A DNA stretch of 58,560 nucleotides from Candidatus Doudnabacteria bacterium (GTDB lineage Bacteria > Patescibacteriota > Doudnabacteria > UBA920 > O2-02-FULL-48-8), in NCBI GenBank assembly GCA_016182875.1, contig JACPFQ010000003.1:1-58560 (forward strand), given 5' to 3'. The position numbers were made by a program, and so were the translations under genes. The notes below the pieces were generated by a model. That model had not been told where the DNA came from. It was given only the letters and a program-made list of their open reading frames with translations, and did not search any database. This document shows positions 8,329 to 17,125 of this stretch, in pieces. Each line of letters starts with the position of its first letter. Positions within the stretch are counted from its first letter, which is position 1.

Positions 8329-9180
8329 TCAATGCACTCTCTTTTTGCTTCGAAACAAGTTCAGCACTAAAACTAAATACATACGCAAGTTGATACCCAA
8401 ATACACCAGCTGGTTGAAAAGCCAGGGATATTGATTGGCATAGTGCTTGCGATAAAAAATTTTCATGGCCTGGTGAGCGGATTTGATGGTACGAAAGGCA
8501 ATCGCCTGGGCTGAGCCATATTTGTAATGAATCACCACCGGCTTGGGATAGTACATAACTTTGTATCCAGCTTCTTTAATCCTCCAGCACCAGTCCAAAT
8601 CCTCGCCATACATAAAAAATTGTTCATCCAGAAGCCCAACCTGGTCAATCACCGACTTGCGGACCATTAAATACGCCCCCACTCCTGAGTCAATTTCGAC
8701 TTCCTCGTCTATTGGTGATGTGGCATTGTAGTCGCTATATTGTTTGAATCCAAACAAGCGCAAAAAAGAATTCCAAGGATTTGGAAATTTGCGCCTGGCC
8801 GCCTGGTCCAGCTCGCCGTTCGGCAGAAGAATTTTTGGGCTCAAGGCGCCGACGTTAGAGTGAGAGTCCATATATTTGATTGATAAATCAAAAGTGTCGG
8901 GCCGGACTTCGGTATCGGAATTCAAAAGCAGGATATAACGGCCAGAAGCCTGCTTAAGGGCGGCATTGTTGCCTTTGGCAAAACCAAGATTGGCTTTGTT
9001 TTCAAGAAGTTTAACCTTCGGAAATTCCGCCTTAACCATCTCAACGCTGCCATCAACTGAGCCGTTGTCGGAAACCAAAACTTCGAATTGGCAATTAGTT
9101 TGGGACGCAAAAACCGACTCCAGGCACTTTTGGAGCAGTTTTTTCGTATTAAAATTCACAATGACAATTGATAAGTCCAT
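8329..9180 (-). CDS. Family 2 glycosyltransferase
   Basis: 283 aa. SIVIVNFN...SDNGSVDGS...LLLNSDT...FFMYGEDLDWCWR are typical GT2 (GT-A) motifs. Confidence 0.9.
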   Translation of the reverse strand: MDLSIVIVNFNTKKLLQKCLESVFASQTNCQFEVLVSDNGSVDGSVEMVKAEFPKVKLLENKANLGFAKGNNAALKQASGRYILLLNSDTEVRPDTFDLSIKYMDSHSNVGALSPKILLPNGELDQAARRKFPNPWNSFLRLFGFKQYSDYNATSPIDEEVEIDSGVGAYLMVRKSVIDQVGLLDEQFFMYGEDLDWCWRIKEAGYKVMYYPKPVVIHYKYGSAQAIAFRTIKSAHQAMKIFYRKHYANQYPWLFNQLVYLGINLRMYLVLVLNLFRSKKRVH

Positions 9181-9228
9181 TTGATATGATTATGATTAAG
9201 TATATTCGATTTTCAAGGAGGGAACTAT

Positions 9229-9588
9229 ATGCGCTCAAGCGCTAATCGGGATTTTGTCCCGACCAGCGAACAGGTGCAGACGATGCTGGGTCGGGCCAAG
9301 TCCGCTCCCGTAATCAGTCTAGCATTTGCCCTGCTCGCTCAACTGGCCATCCAGCATCGCCGCTACCTGGAATATCTCCGATTCTGGGAAGACCGAAAAC
9401 CGGCAAAAGCCAACATCCTCGCTTTCTATGAAGGACTTCACGTGCGGCAATGTCCCAAAGCCATTCGCGACAAGGTCAAAGAGATTATCGCAGATATTTC
9501 TGCGATACCCACTGAGCCGCAAGCCGCAGCAAGTACCCAACGCTACGGGACGCCACGCAAAAGACTGCGCAGTGCCGCACCCCCTTAG
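9229..9588 (+). CDS. Hypothetical protein (GC-rich island 2), antisense to the flanking GT operon
   Basis: 119-aa ORF with AAGGAGGG 6-7 nt before the ATG. It is GC-rich compared with the flanking GT2 genes. No recognisable domain. Confidence 0.5.
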   Translation: MRSSANRDFVPTSEQVQTMLGRAKSAPVISLAFALLAQLAIQHRRYLEYLRFWEDRKPAKANILAFYEGLHVRQCPKAIRDKVKEIIADISAIPTEPQAAASTQRYGTPRKRLRSAAPP

Positions 9589-10607
9589 CCCAGGTTTGTC
9601 CCCGCGGCTCTTTTTTTTAGCATGCGCGGAATCTGCCTAAGCAACTGCGGCAAAACTTTCAAGGTGCTCATCTCCAACAAAATTATATACCCAAGCATGG
9701 CAATTTCGCGGAGGATGAATGCCGGGTGAAAAATAAACTTGGCATTCTTAATGTACATCAAAATGTGATTTTTGTAATTGAGCCTCCGAACCACAGGCGA
9801 AAGCTTTGAGTGATGCTTGATGAAATTGAAAATTTTGAGGTATCCGCCCTTGGCTTGTCCGGCCGTCCGGCCGTGATAAGCTACTGCCTCCGGCACATAG
9901 ACATTCTTGAATCCCGCACGATTCAAGCGCCACGACAAATCCACGTCCTCCCAGTAAGCGACAAAATCTTCGTCAAAGTACTCGCAGTATAACTCCCCCG
10001 CTTTGCCTGATGCAGTTTCACCCCCTCTTAAATTAAGAGGGGGTCGGGGGGAGTTATTCCCACAGTACTTTACCTTTTCCAAAGCGCTTCTCCGATACAT
10101 TGGCCCTGCTCCGCTGACACCAAAAACTTCACGTTTGTAGTCGTATTGGCCGTTGTCTTGCTCAAGCTGTCCCCTATCCCTAGCTCGGCCGGAACTAGAC
10201 ATCACAACCCCGGTCGAGTCGATAATATTCGTCTTCTGATTTTTTTCAAAATCGTAGCGCAAAAGTTTACCAGTCGCCGCGGCGACTTGCGGGTTCTCAA
10301 AAACTTTCAAGAGATTCTCAATATAATCCGGTTCCAGAATCAAATCCGGGTTGACCAGCTGGATAAATTCACCCGAGGAGTTTTTGATTCCCAAGTTATT
10401 TCCACCGGCAAAGCCGAGGTTTTGGCCAGGCTCAATAATTTTCGCCTGCGGATAATTTCTTTGCAGGATTCCCTTAGCGCCATCATCAGCATTTACGACC
10501 GCAATAATTTCCAGGTCTTTATGCGTCTGTGCCAAAACCGCATCCATCACTGGCTTGATGAATTTTTTGCTGTTATATAGAATTAATATAACACTAACCT
10601 TGGGCAT
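9585..10607 (-). CDS. Family 2 glycosyltransferase carrying an in-frame palindromic-repeat insertion
   Basis: 340 aa. VSVILILYNS...NLGFAGGNN...LVNPD...YWEDVDLSWR. The segment NNSPRPPLNLRGGETASGKAGE is encoded by repeat 10019-10062. Confidence 0.9.
   Translation of the reverse strand: MPKVSVILILYNSKKFIKPVMDAVLAQTHKDLEIIAVVNADDGAKGILQRNYPQAKIIEPGQNLGFAGGNNLGIKNSSGEFIQLVNPDLILEPDYIENLLKVFENPQVAAATGKLLRYDFEKNQKTNIIDSTGVVMSSSGRARDRGQLEQDNGQYDYKREVFGVSGAGPMYRRSALEKVKYCGNNSPRPPLNLRGGETASGKAGELYCEYFDEDFVAYWEDVDLSWRLNRAGFKNVYVPEAVAYHGRTAGQAKGGYLKIFNFIKHHSKLSPVVRRLNYKNHILMYIKNAKFIFHPAFILREIAMLGYIILLEMSTLKVLPQLLRQIPRMLKKRAAGTNLG
10019..10062. repeat. Intragenic copy of the CCCCCTCTTAAATTAAGAGGGGG palindromic module
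   Basis: CACCCCCTCTTAAATTAAGAGGGGGTCGGGGGGAG. The same module occurs intergenically at 47552-47578, and related ones at 42821-42846, 48438-48462 and 55026-55050. Confidence 0.75.
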
Positions 10608-11487
10608 CAGAAATTATTTTGTTAATTTGTATTCTTGCCTCTTTCCAAAGTGCCTTATTTTTTCTTCTAACTAAACCGTCATAAAGCAGATAAATCCAGC
10701 GATGAACAAAATGCTCATATGATCTCTTGAAGAAACTTTTATCTTTCGAGCCGGTATATAATTTATAAATTTGTCCGGGCATTTTTTTATCATAATCAAA
10801 AAACCCGTTAAATTCATGAGCGGGATCACCTATGTTGACATCGCCAAAATCTATAATACCTGCGATTGCGCCAGCTTTGATTATAATATGGTCATGGCTC
10901 AAATCGTAATGCCCGAGCCTGGGCTTTATGGAATATTGAGATTTGTAAAAAGACTCGATAAATTTTTTTATAAAATCGTTTTGTTTAAGTGTAAGCTTTG
11001 GGCCGACTTTTGGGACAAATTCCTTCTGGAACCATTTCTGCTTGCCGTTCAGAGTCTGTGTCCAATATTCGTTTTCCTGGAAACCAAACTGCTTGGCCTT
11101 CTTAACCGGGATGTTATGCAATATGCTTACGAATTTGGCTAAATCTCTGACAATCTTTCGTTTTTGGCTGGGAGAAAGTCTGTTATAAATCTGTGGAGTT
11201 AACTCCTTGCCCTTAATCATTTCGTAGCCGCCAAAACTTTTATCTTTGGAGAGAAAAGTATAATTTGGGACCTTGAGGTTGCTTATTTTCGAAAACTCTC
11301 TAAGAAACTTAACTTCTCTGGTGAAACTGCTTTTATATAACCTCGCTTTCGCGAAGCGGACAATAAAATTATCATCGAGGACTAAAACATCATGGTCCCA
11401 ACCTTTAGTTACCAGCCTAGCAGTCTTAAACTTTAGTCGTGGAAATTCTTTATGTATTTTTGATGTAAGTTGATTCTTTAAATCCAT
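10594..11487 (-). CDS. Aminoglycoside/choline-kinase-type phosphotransferase (APH family)
   Basis: 297 aa. Catalytic loop HYDLSHDHIII and IDFGDVNIGDPAHEF. Confidence 0.8.
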   Translation of the reverse strand: MDLKNQLTSKIHKEFPRLKFKTARLVTKGWDHDVLVLDDNFIVRFAKARLYKSSFTREVKFLREFSKISNLKVPNYTFLSKDKSFGGYEMIKGKELTPQIYNRLSPSQKRKIVRDLAKFVSILHNIPVKKAKQFGFQENEYWTQTLNGKQKWFQKEFVPKVGPKLTLKQNDFIKKFIESFYKSQYSIKPRLGHYDLSHDHIIIKAGAIAGIIDFGDVNIGDPAHEFNGFFDYDKKMPGQIYKLYTGSKDKSFFKRSYEHFVHRWIYLLYDGLVRRKNKALWKEARIQINKIISDAQG

Positions 11488-11518
11488 AAACTATTCTATA
11501 GCCGACCGCAACATTAAA

Positions 11519-11547
11519 TACTGCAATACGGGGAAGTATTGCAGTAT
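11519..11547. repeat. 29-bp hairpin TACTGCAATACGGGGAAGTATTGCAGTAT (copy 1)
   Basis: Identical to 12093-12121. 13-bp stem. Lies immediately 3' of the YerC-like stop codon on the minus strand. Confidence 0.8.
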
Positions 11548-12038
11548 TAGGCTGGTAACTGCTTTTTGGCCGAAGACTTAGCAGTTCTTCTATTTAATGC
11601 CTTATCTAACTGGTTGAAGCCTTCTCCGATCAAGTTCGGTAGAAAGGTTTCAGCCGGCAGTTTACGGCGGACTCGTCGCTCAATGCGAGCTTGCCTTTGT
11701 TCTCTTTTTCTCTGAAAGTCCTTTTCTAGCTCCGTCAAGATTTCATTCGCCCTTCTAAATCCTGACCCGTCCCGCTCTATACTATTGCTGATTGAGGAGA
11801 TGGTGTGTTCGGCAACCTTTAAGTCGCTTCTGATTGTTTCATACTTCTGCCCTTCCAAAAGCCTTCGGGCGATCTCTAACCTTTTCGCCAGCATTTTCCA
11901 TTCAGTGTGAGTAAATAAATCTTTAAATAATGCTCGTACGTCTTGTTTATCAAACATCAAAGTAAAAACGGACCAGAGGTTATTTATATAATGACCCATA
12001 TCATTTGGGTCCAAACGAATTCTTGATAACTTCGTCAT
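11547..12038 (-). CDS. TrpR-like YerC/YecD family DNA-binding protein with an extended basic C-terminus
   Basis: 163 aa. FTHTEWKMLAKRLEIARRLLEGQKYETIRSDLKVAEHTISSISNSI matches the YerC/TrpR-like HTH. Paralog of 38027..38407. Confidence 0.7.
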   Translation of the reverse strand: MTKLSRIRLDPNDMGHYINNLWSVFTLMFDKQDVRALFKDLFTHTEWKMLAKRLEIARRLLEGQKYETIRSDLKVAEHTISSISNSIERDGSGFRRANEILTELEKDFQRKREQRQARIERRVRRKLPAETFLPNLIGEGFNQLDKALNRRTAKSSAKKQLPA

Positions 12039-12092
12039 ATTGTTTGAGTTTGTTTAAGAAACCTTTGTTTAAGTTTAACACTAGTTATGCTT

Positions 12093-12121
12093 TACTGCAA
12101 TACGGGGAAGTATTGCAGTAT
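12093..12121. repeat. 29-bp hairpin TACTGCAATACGGGGAAGTATTGCAGTAT (copy 2)
   Basis: Exact copy of 11519-11547. Sits just 3' of the S51-like gene stop and 5' of the YerC-like gene. Confidence 0.8.
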
Positions 12122-12129
12122 ACTGATAC

Positions 12130-12696
12130 TTATTGCTCAATTACTGTATACTCGCCTTCGGCTAATTTATAAATCGGCAAATCTTCTCCGAAATTTTCTA
12201 ATTGCTTAAGTTTATCAAGCTTGCTTTCGTCCCAGTGGGCAAAGACTTTGATTGGCAGGATGCCAAGGCCGTGTTCGATTCGTTTGCGGTCGTTGCTGTA
12301 ATAATACTTGGAAACCAGATACATCCCTGCGGAACTGCCGGCGTATACTTTGTCTTTGATTAAATCGGCAAAATCAGGAAGCTGTTTCATTTTTTCCAGA
12401 AGAGGCTGGGTGTTACCACCTCGGACATATATAACGTCTGAATTGGCAATTTGGCGGCGTAGAATTTCCAGATCAGAATTCGCAATCTCAATATCAATAA
12501 TCTTATCGGGTGAATTCGAATGGAAGTTGTGCTTGTCATCCTCAAATTTTATCTCGTATTCGTTTTCCTCGCGTGCAAAATAAACCAATAAAACTTTTAC
12601 TTTTTGAGGAAGCCTAGCCAGAATTTCGCGAAAAAATTGCTTGTTACTCTCTACAGGTTTTCTTGTTGCTCCGCCGTGGAGGATATATTTGGTCAT
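12130..12696 (-). CDS. Peptidase S51 (dipeptidase E)-like / type 1 glutamine amidotransferase-like protein
   Basis: 188 aa. RGGNTQPLL and GSSAGMY nucleophile elbow, with a downstream His (FAHWDE). Confidence 0.7.
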   Translation of the reverse strand: MTKYILHGGATRKPVESNKQFFREILARLPQKVKVLLVYFAREENEYEIKFEDDKHNFHSNSPDKIIDIEIANSDLEILRRQIANSDVIYVRGGNTQPLLEKMKQLPDFADLIKDKVYAGSSAGMYLVSKYYYSNDRKRIEHGLGILPIKVFAHWDESKLDKLKQLENFGEDLPIYKLAEGEYTVIEQ

Positions 12697-12703
12697 ACTA
12701 TAT

Positions 12704-14095
12704 TTATGCTATATCTGTGCTTAACATTTTCCGGGTCACAAAAAGGTGGATTACCAAGAGCAAAAACAAGTCCAGATACATTTCGGCGCGGACCGTGAAT
12801 GACAAATAAATGGACATGACCACAAAGAAACAAGCGTAGGCATAAAGATTGATTGACAAAAAATTCTTTACAGCCAGCCAGTAGCGGTAAACAAAAGCCA
12901 GGATTCCCGCGATAATCAGCGGGATAATTACGAATGCCCACTTGCCGAAGTCCTGCACAAACGGGAACAAATACGTGCCAGTGTTCCACCAGCATTTGAA
13001 AATCGCGCAAAGGTCAAAATCAGACTTAAATTGGTTCAAAGCGGGAATGGCTTTGCCAAAAAGGTTGGTGAAAGGGTCCAGCGAAACCCTGCCATGCTGC
13101 AATGGGTGCATTTCATAATATTCCACCGCGTGGAGCAGGGCCTGCTGATTGAATGATACGCCGACATAAATGGGAAGCAAGGCTTTGCCGGCAGGGTTGA
13201 AGCCGGAGGAATCGATGCTGGCCACTCCGGCCAGATAATCCGTAGTGCCATAGCTTTTGTACTGGCGATAAAGCGGCACAGTGGCCAGGACCAAAATCGA
13301 TATCAACAAAAACACGGGATAAAATTTAAGGGCTTGCGTAAGATTCGGCCTGCGCATCAGCAAATATAAAGCCATAACCCAGAGGTCAACAAAAAATATC
13401 TGCGTGCGCGAAGTAAATAAAATCAAACTGAGCGCGCCGATAAGACAAATAAAGACCAAATGCATATGCCTGCGCCTGTAAGCGGCGGTGGGAACGTTTC
13501 CTTGGGGTCTTCCAAGCGGCAGGCGGGGCTGGGTTTTCTTCCGCCATGGCCAATTGAATCCTTCGATAAAAAATAAATAGAAGCTAAGCGGAATGAACAA
13601 GCGGGCCAGCTGGGCGCTATAATTAATCAGGCCCGGCACTTGCTCGTCCGCCGCGAACCGGAACACGTCCGGGTCCTTGGCAAACAGCGGAAAGTTGCCC
13701 GCGCGGACGTAGAACGTGGCAAGCGCGATCAAGGAAACGGCAAAAAGAAAATATATAATTATTCGCAGGCGGGTAGTTGAGCCAGCGCCGCCGCTTGAGC
13801 TAAAGGTTCGACCTTTCGGTAAAGGATCCCTCACTTCAAGGTCGAACCTTGAACCCAGCCACTTATCAAACAAATAATATCCAATCACAAACATGCACAA
13901 CGACACGAACAAAAGCAGCCAGTATTCCGGATACCAATCTTTTTCGAGCCGCGACAGATTCAGCCGGGGGATGCCAAGTCCAAGCATCCAGGCCGAGAGC
14001 ATAAGCCATAAAGGCGAGAATTGATGGGTCCGGTCGCGAAGAAACAGATAAAAGAATGTCGCGGCTAAAATTAGAAAAATTATAAATAGAGTCAT
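12704..14095 (-). CDS. Polytopic membrane protein, putative O-antigen/oligosaccharide polymerase (Wzy-like)
   Basis: 463 aa with more than 10 predicted TM segments, located in a glycan cluster between GT and flippase genes. Family assignment is inferred from context. Confidence 0.55.
   Translation of the reverse strand: MTLFIIFLILAATFFYLFLRDRTHQFSPLWLMLSAWMLGLGIPRLNLSRLEKDWYPEYWLLLFVSLCMFVIGYYLFDKWLGSRFDLEVRDPLPKGRTFSSSGGAGSTTRLRIIIYFLFAVSLIALATFYVRAGNFPLFAKDPDVFRFAADEQVPGLINYSAQLARLFIPLSFYLFFIEGFNWPWRKKTQPRLPLGRPQGNVPTAAYRRRHMHLVFICLIGALSLILFTSRTQIFFVDLWVMALYLLMRRPNLTQALKFYPVFLLISILVLATVPLYRQYKSYGTTDYLAGVASIDSSGFNPAGKALLPIYVGVSFNQQALLHAVEYYEMHPLQHGRVSLDPFTNLFGKAIPALNQFKSDFDLCAIFKCWWNTGTYLFPFVQDFGKWAFVIIPLIIAGILAFVYRYWLAVKNFLSINLYAYACFFVVMSIYLSFTVRAEMYLDLFLLLVIHLFVTRKMLSTDIA
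13803..13850. repeat. Intragenic hairpin repeat inside the Wzy-like gene
   Basis: AAGGTTCGACCTT (13803-13815) pairs with AAGGTCGAACCTT (13838-13850). Encodes FDLEVRDPLPKGRTF in a predicted loop. Confidence 0.6.
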
Positions 14096-14122
14096 GGTTC
14101 TTGTAAGCGTTCGGCAGCAGTT

Positions 14123-14175
14123 GTCTCTCCTTCCAGGAGAGACCGACCCTCTTTCGCTAAAGCTACAGCGGGTCG
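14123..14175. repeat. Palindromic modules 3' of the DUF559 fragment
   Basis: GTCTCTCCTTCCAGGAGAGAC hairpin (14123-14143) and CGACCC...GGGTCG hairpin (14144-14175). Confidence 0.7.
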
Positions 14176-14468
14176 AGAGAGGTGGTTAAAGCTTTATAAA
14201 TAATATCGAGTACTCCGTCTATGTTGTCATCTAACTCATTGTTCCAGAACCTGAGAACAGTATTGTCTTGATCTAACAAATATTTTTGTCTTTCAAGATC
14301 TTTAGTCTTGTTAATTGCTTCGTTATGCTGACCACCGTCAAGTTCAATTACAAGCTTAGCAGAATGGCAATATAAATCTAAGATATATGGCCCAATGACA
14401 ACTTGTCTTCTGAATTTAAAGCCTTGGAATCTTTTGGCTCGAAGGTAATACCGGAGCTTGGCTTCCCA
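14163..14468 (-). pseudogene. DUF559 (Vsr-like endonuclease fold) gene fragment without a start codon
   Basis: My own translation of the minus strand gives WEAKLRYYLRAKRFQGFKFRRQVVIGPYILDLYCHSAKLVIELDGGQHNEAINKTKDLERQKYLLDQDNTVLRFWNNELDDNIDGVLDIIYKAL. An in-frame TGA lies immediately upstream and there is no ATG/GTG/TTG start. It is absent from the ORF track. Confidence 0.7.
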
Positions 14469-14470
14469 TC

Positions 14471-14511
14471 ACCTCTCCCCCAACCCCTCTCCTGGAAGGA
14501 GAGGGGAGTTC
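14471..14511. repeat. Palindromic module 5' of the DUF559 fragment
   Basis: CCCCTCTCCTGGAAGGAGAGGGG hairpin at 14484-14506, same family as 58350-58372. Confidence 0.7.
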
Positions 14512-15612
14512 CTAACTCTTAATATTCTCTAATACTCTCAAAGTTTGCTTAGCTGTATTCTCCCAACTAAACTTCCTCGCCTGCTCGAGTCCCCTTTGAA
14601 TCATCTGCCCCCTCAGGTTCTTGTCGGTCAAAACCTTGAGCAAACCATCGGCGATGGAATCGATAGAGTTTGGGTCCACCAAAACTCCGGCGTCACCCAC
14701 AACCTCTGGAAGCGAAGAAACATTGGAGACGGCCACTGGCACCCCTGAGGCCATGGCCTCAAGCGGCGGCAGGCCAAAGCCTTCATACAAAGCCGGCAAA
14801 GCCAACAGAGAAGCTCCGGCAATGATTGCCGGCAGATCCTCGTCGCCGACATGGTCCAAATATACGGCTCCGGCCGTAGTTTTGATTTTAGCTTCGATCG
14901 GCTCCCAAAGCCAGCCGCGCTTGCCGACAATCACCAGCTTCTCCTCAAGATGGTACTTGTTCTTTAAAAGCGCGTAAGCATCCAAAAGCCTTAAAAGATT
15001 TTTGCGGGGCTGAAGAGTGCCTACAAACAACAGGTACTTTTGATAAGTCAAGCTGTATTTGTCCAAAGTTGGCTGGGCTTGTTGGTACGACTGGGGCCGA
15101 AACTGCCCCCCCATTGCCAAATGAATGACTTCAACTTTTTCTGGCTCCAAATCGTAACATTTAATCAAGTCATTTTTGGTGGCTTGCGAAACGGCGATAA
15201 TGCGGGCGGCATTTCGAGCCGCAAACTTAGTGGAAAACTCCAAGTATCTCCTCATGAACGGCGTGAATGCTCCCGGAAAAAACTTCCAAGCTATGTCATG
15301 CGCGGTGAAAACAGAATTTTTGGGATGGATAAACGGCAGGACTGAGGCTAAAATCAGCAAACAATCCACCGGGTGCCAAAGCATTTCCCAGGATAGCCGA
15401 AGCTGCGTCCAAAACTTGGTGAAGGGCATGACTTTGAGCTTGAAGTTTTTTGGAAGCTCGTAAAACCACTGCTGAGGGTTTGTTCGAAAATACAAGACAT
15501 ACTGATTTTTCTGGTCGATGCGAGATAAATACTTAATAAGCTGAGCGGCATAAACTTCCACTCCGGTTTTTTGCGGCAAATTGGCACGTTCCGCTTCAAT
15601 CCCTATGATCAT
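14512..15612 (-). CDS. Family 4 (GT-B, group 1) glycosyltransferase
   Basis: 366 aa. [18 protein letters not shown]-x7-E region. ATGA overlap with the upstream flippase gene. Confidence 0.9.
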   Translation of the reverse strand: MIIGIEAERANLPQKTGVEVYAAQLIKYLSRIDQKNQYVLYFRTNPQQWFYELPKNFKLKVMPFTKFWTQLRLSWEMLWHPVDCLLILASVLPFIHPKNSVFTAHDIAWKFFPGAFTPFMRRYLEFSTKFAARNAARIIAVSQATKNDLIKCYDLEPEKVEVIHLAMGGQFRPQSYQQAQPTLDKYSLTYQKYLLFVGTLQPRKNLLRLLDAYALLKNKYHLEEKLVIVGKRGWLWEPIEAKIKTTAGAVYLDHVGDEDLPAIIAGASLLALPALYEGFGLPPLEAMASGVPVAVSNVSSLPEVVGDAGVLVDPNSIDSIADGLLKVLTDKNLRGQMIQRGLEQARKFSWENTAKQTLRVLENIKS

Positions 15613-17084
15613 GTTAGTGGCTGGTCAATGTCCAGTTTCTTTTTAATGTTAAGTGCCGCTGATAGTAGTTCCCAATCCTCGCGTTGGAAAAATCTAAGCA
15701 GTAAAAGCGCAACGCCGTAAACCAAGGCACCGGCTCCGATGATCAGCCAGAGACTGAAGTCCTGCTTAAGCCAGACAACAACCGCCGACATCAAGGCAGA
15801 GGCCACAATAGGCTTAAGAAAGCTCCTAAAGAAGCGATAATTCACAATCCCCTTTTTGATGATGAATGCGTAGCAGGAAGCCTGGATGATTTCTGAAGCC
15901 AGAGTGGTGGCAGCAGCAGCTACAAATCCGTATTTGGGTATAAGCAGCAGGTTAAACCCGAAGTTAAACAACAAAGTAAACCCAGTGACCTTGGTTGCAG
16001 CCCTGGTTTTTTGGGAAATCACCAGGCTGTTGGCTGGCGAATAAACCAATAGCACGGAAATGGCTGCAATCAAAATCCATATCGCCGGCGCGGCAGGAAG
16101 AAAATCAGGACCGTAAAAAGCCAGGGCAATTTCCGAGGAAAGCAGAAAAGCGCCTGCAAACAAAGGAAGGGCTAAGGCGATCATATAACGGGTGTAAGTT
16201 TCCAAGCCCTTTTTGACATCGGAAACTGCCCCCACGCTTAAACGTTCGGCATAAAACGGATAAAGCGAAATCCCAATAACCGCTGGCAGAAACGCCAGCA
16301 CATCCCAGAATTTGTACGCCGCGGCATAATACCCAGTTTCTTTAAAATCCCTCAGATGCGGCAGCATCAAGGTATCAATGCGGTTATAAATGCTGAAAAA
16401 TGTCAAAAGCATGAACGGCCAGGTCCAGATAAACAGCTGCCTTATAAACAGTTTGTCGAATTCAAATTTAAACCGAACAAACCGGGTATGAGTAAGATAG
16501 CCGTAAACCAGGACATCAAAAGTACTGACCGCAACACTGATAAATGCCAGAAAGAATAACCCCTGGTTTAGGGTGATGACCAAAATCATGAATATGGCAT
16601 TGATGGCGGAATTTAAGAAATTGACTTTGGCTATGATAGTCAGCTTCTGAAAAGCATTGATGATGGATCGAAACGGCAGGGATAGTGAGGACAGGAATAA
16701 GCCAAGTCCCGCTATATACAGCGCGTTTTTTACTTCTTGCGGATAGTGGGCAAAAAACACGAACAAATCCATGACCAGCATAAATACAAATGCCAAGGCT
16801 AGCTGGATTAAGAAATAATTGCTTAAAAATTTCAGCGCATCGTTTTTATTTTCACTGACTTTCTTAATCACGAGCTGTGACATGCCCAAATCCACAAACA
16901 TGGAAAACACCATGAGAAACCCGCCCAAAAGTCCATACTGGCCAGCCACTTCAGGCCCCAAGTATTGGGCCAGCCTGGTATAAATTAAAAACAGGATTAA
17001 TCCTGCCAGGACGCGCGAAAATATTAAGCTCAAAATGTTTCGTCCGATGTGTAACATGACCCCAGTATTATACGAGATTTTCAT
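15609..17084 (-). CDS. MOP-superfamily polysaccharide flippase (Wzx-like)
   Basis: 491 aa with about 12-14 TM segments. N-terminal pattern RNILSLIFSRVLAGLILF is typical of polysaccharide biosynthesis/export proteins. Confidence 0.8.
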   Translation of the reverse strand: MKISYNTGVMLHIGRNILSLIFSRVLAGLILFLIYTRLAQYLGPEVAGQYGLLGGFLMVFSMFVDLGMSQLVIKKVSENKNDALKFLSNYFLIQLALAFVFMLVMDLFVFFAHYPQEVKNALYIAGLGLFLSSLSLPFRSIINAFQKLTIIAKVNFLNSAINAIFMILVITLNQGLFFLAFISVAVSTFDVLVYGYLTHTRFVRFKFEFDKLFIRQLFIWTWPFMLLTFFSIYNRIDTLMLPHLRDFKETGYYAAAYKFWDVLAFLPAVIGISLYPFYAERLSVGAVSDVKKGLETYTRYMIALALPLFAGAFLLSSEIALAFYGPDFLPAAPAIWILIAAISVLLVYSPANSLVISQKTRAATKVTGFTLLFNFGFNLLLIPKYGFVAAAATTLASEIIQASCYAFIIKKGIVNYRFFRSFLKPIVASALMSAVVVWLKQDFSLWLIIGAGALVYGVALLLLRFFQREDWELLSAALNIKKKLDIDQPLT

Positions 17085-17125
17085 TCGGAAAAAAAGTAGT
17101 TGATTCGAGCGTCTTAACCCTTAGT

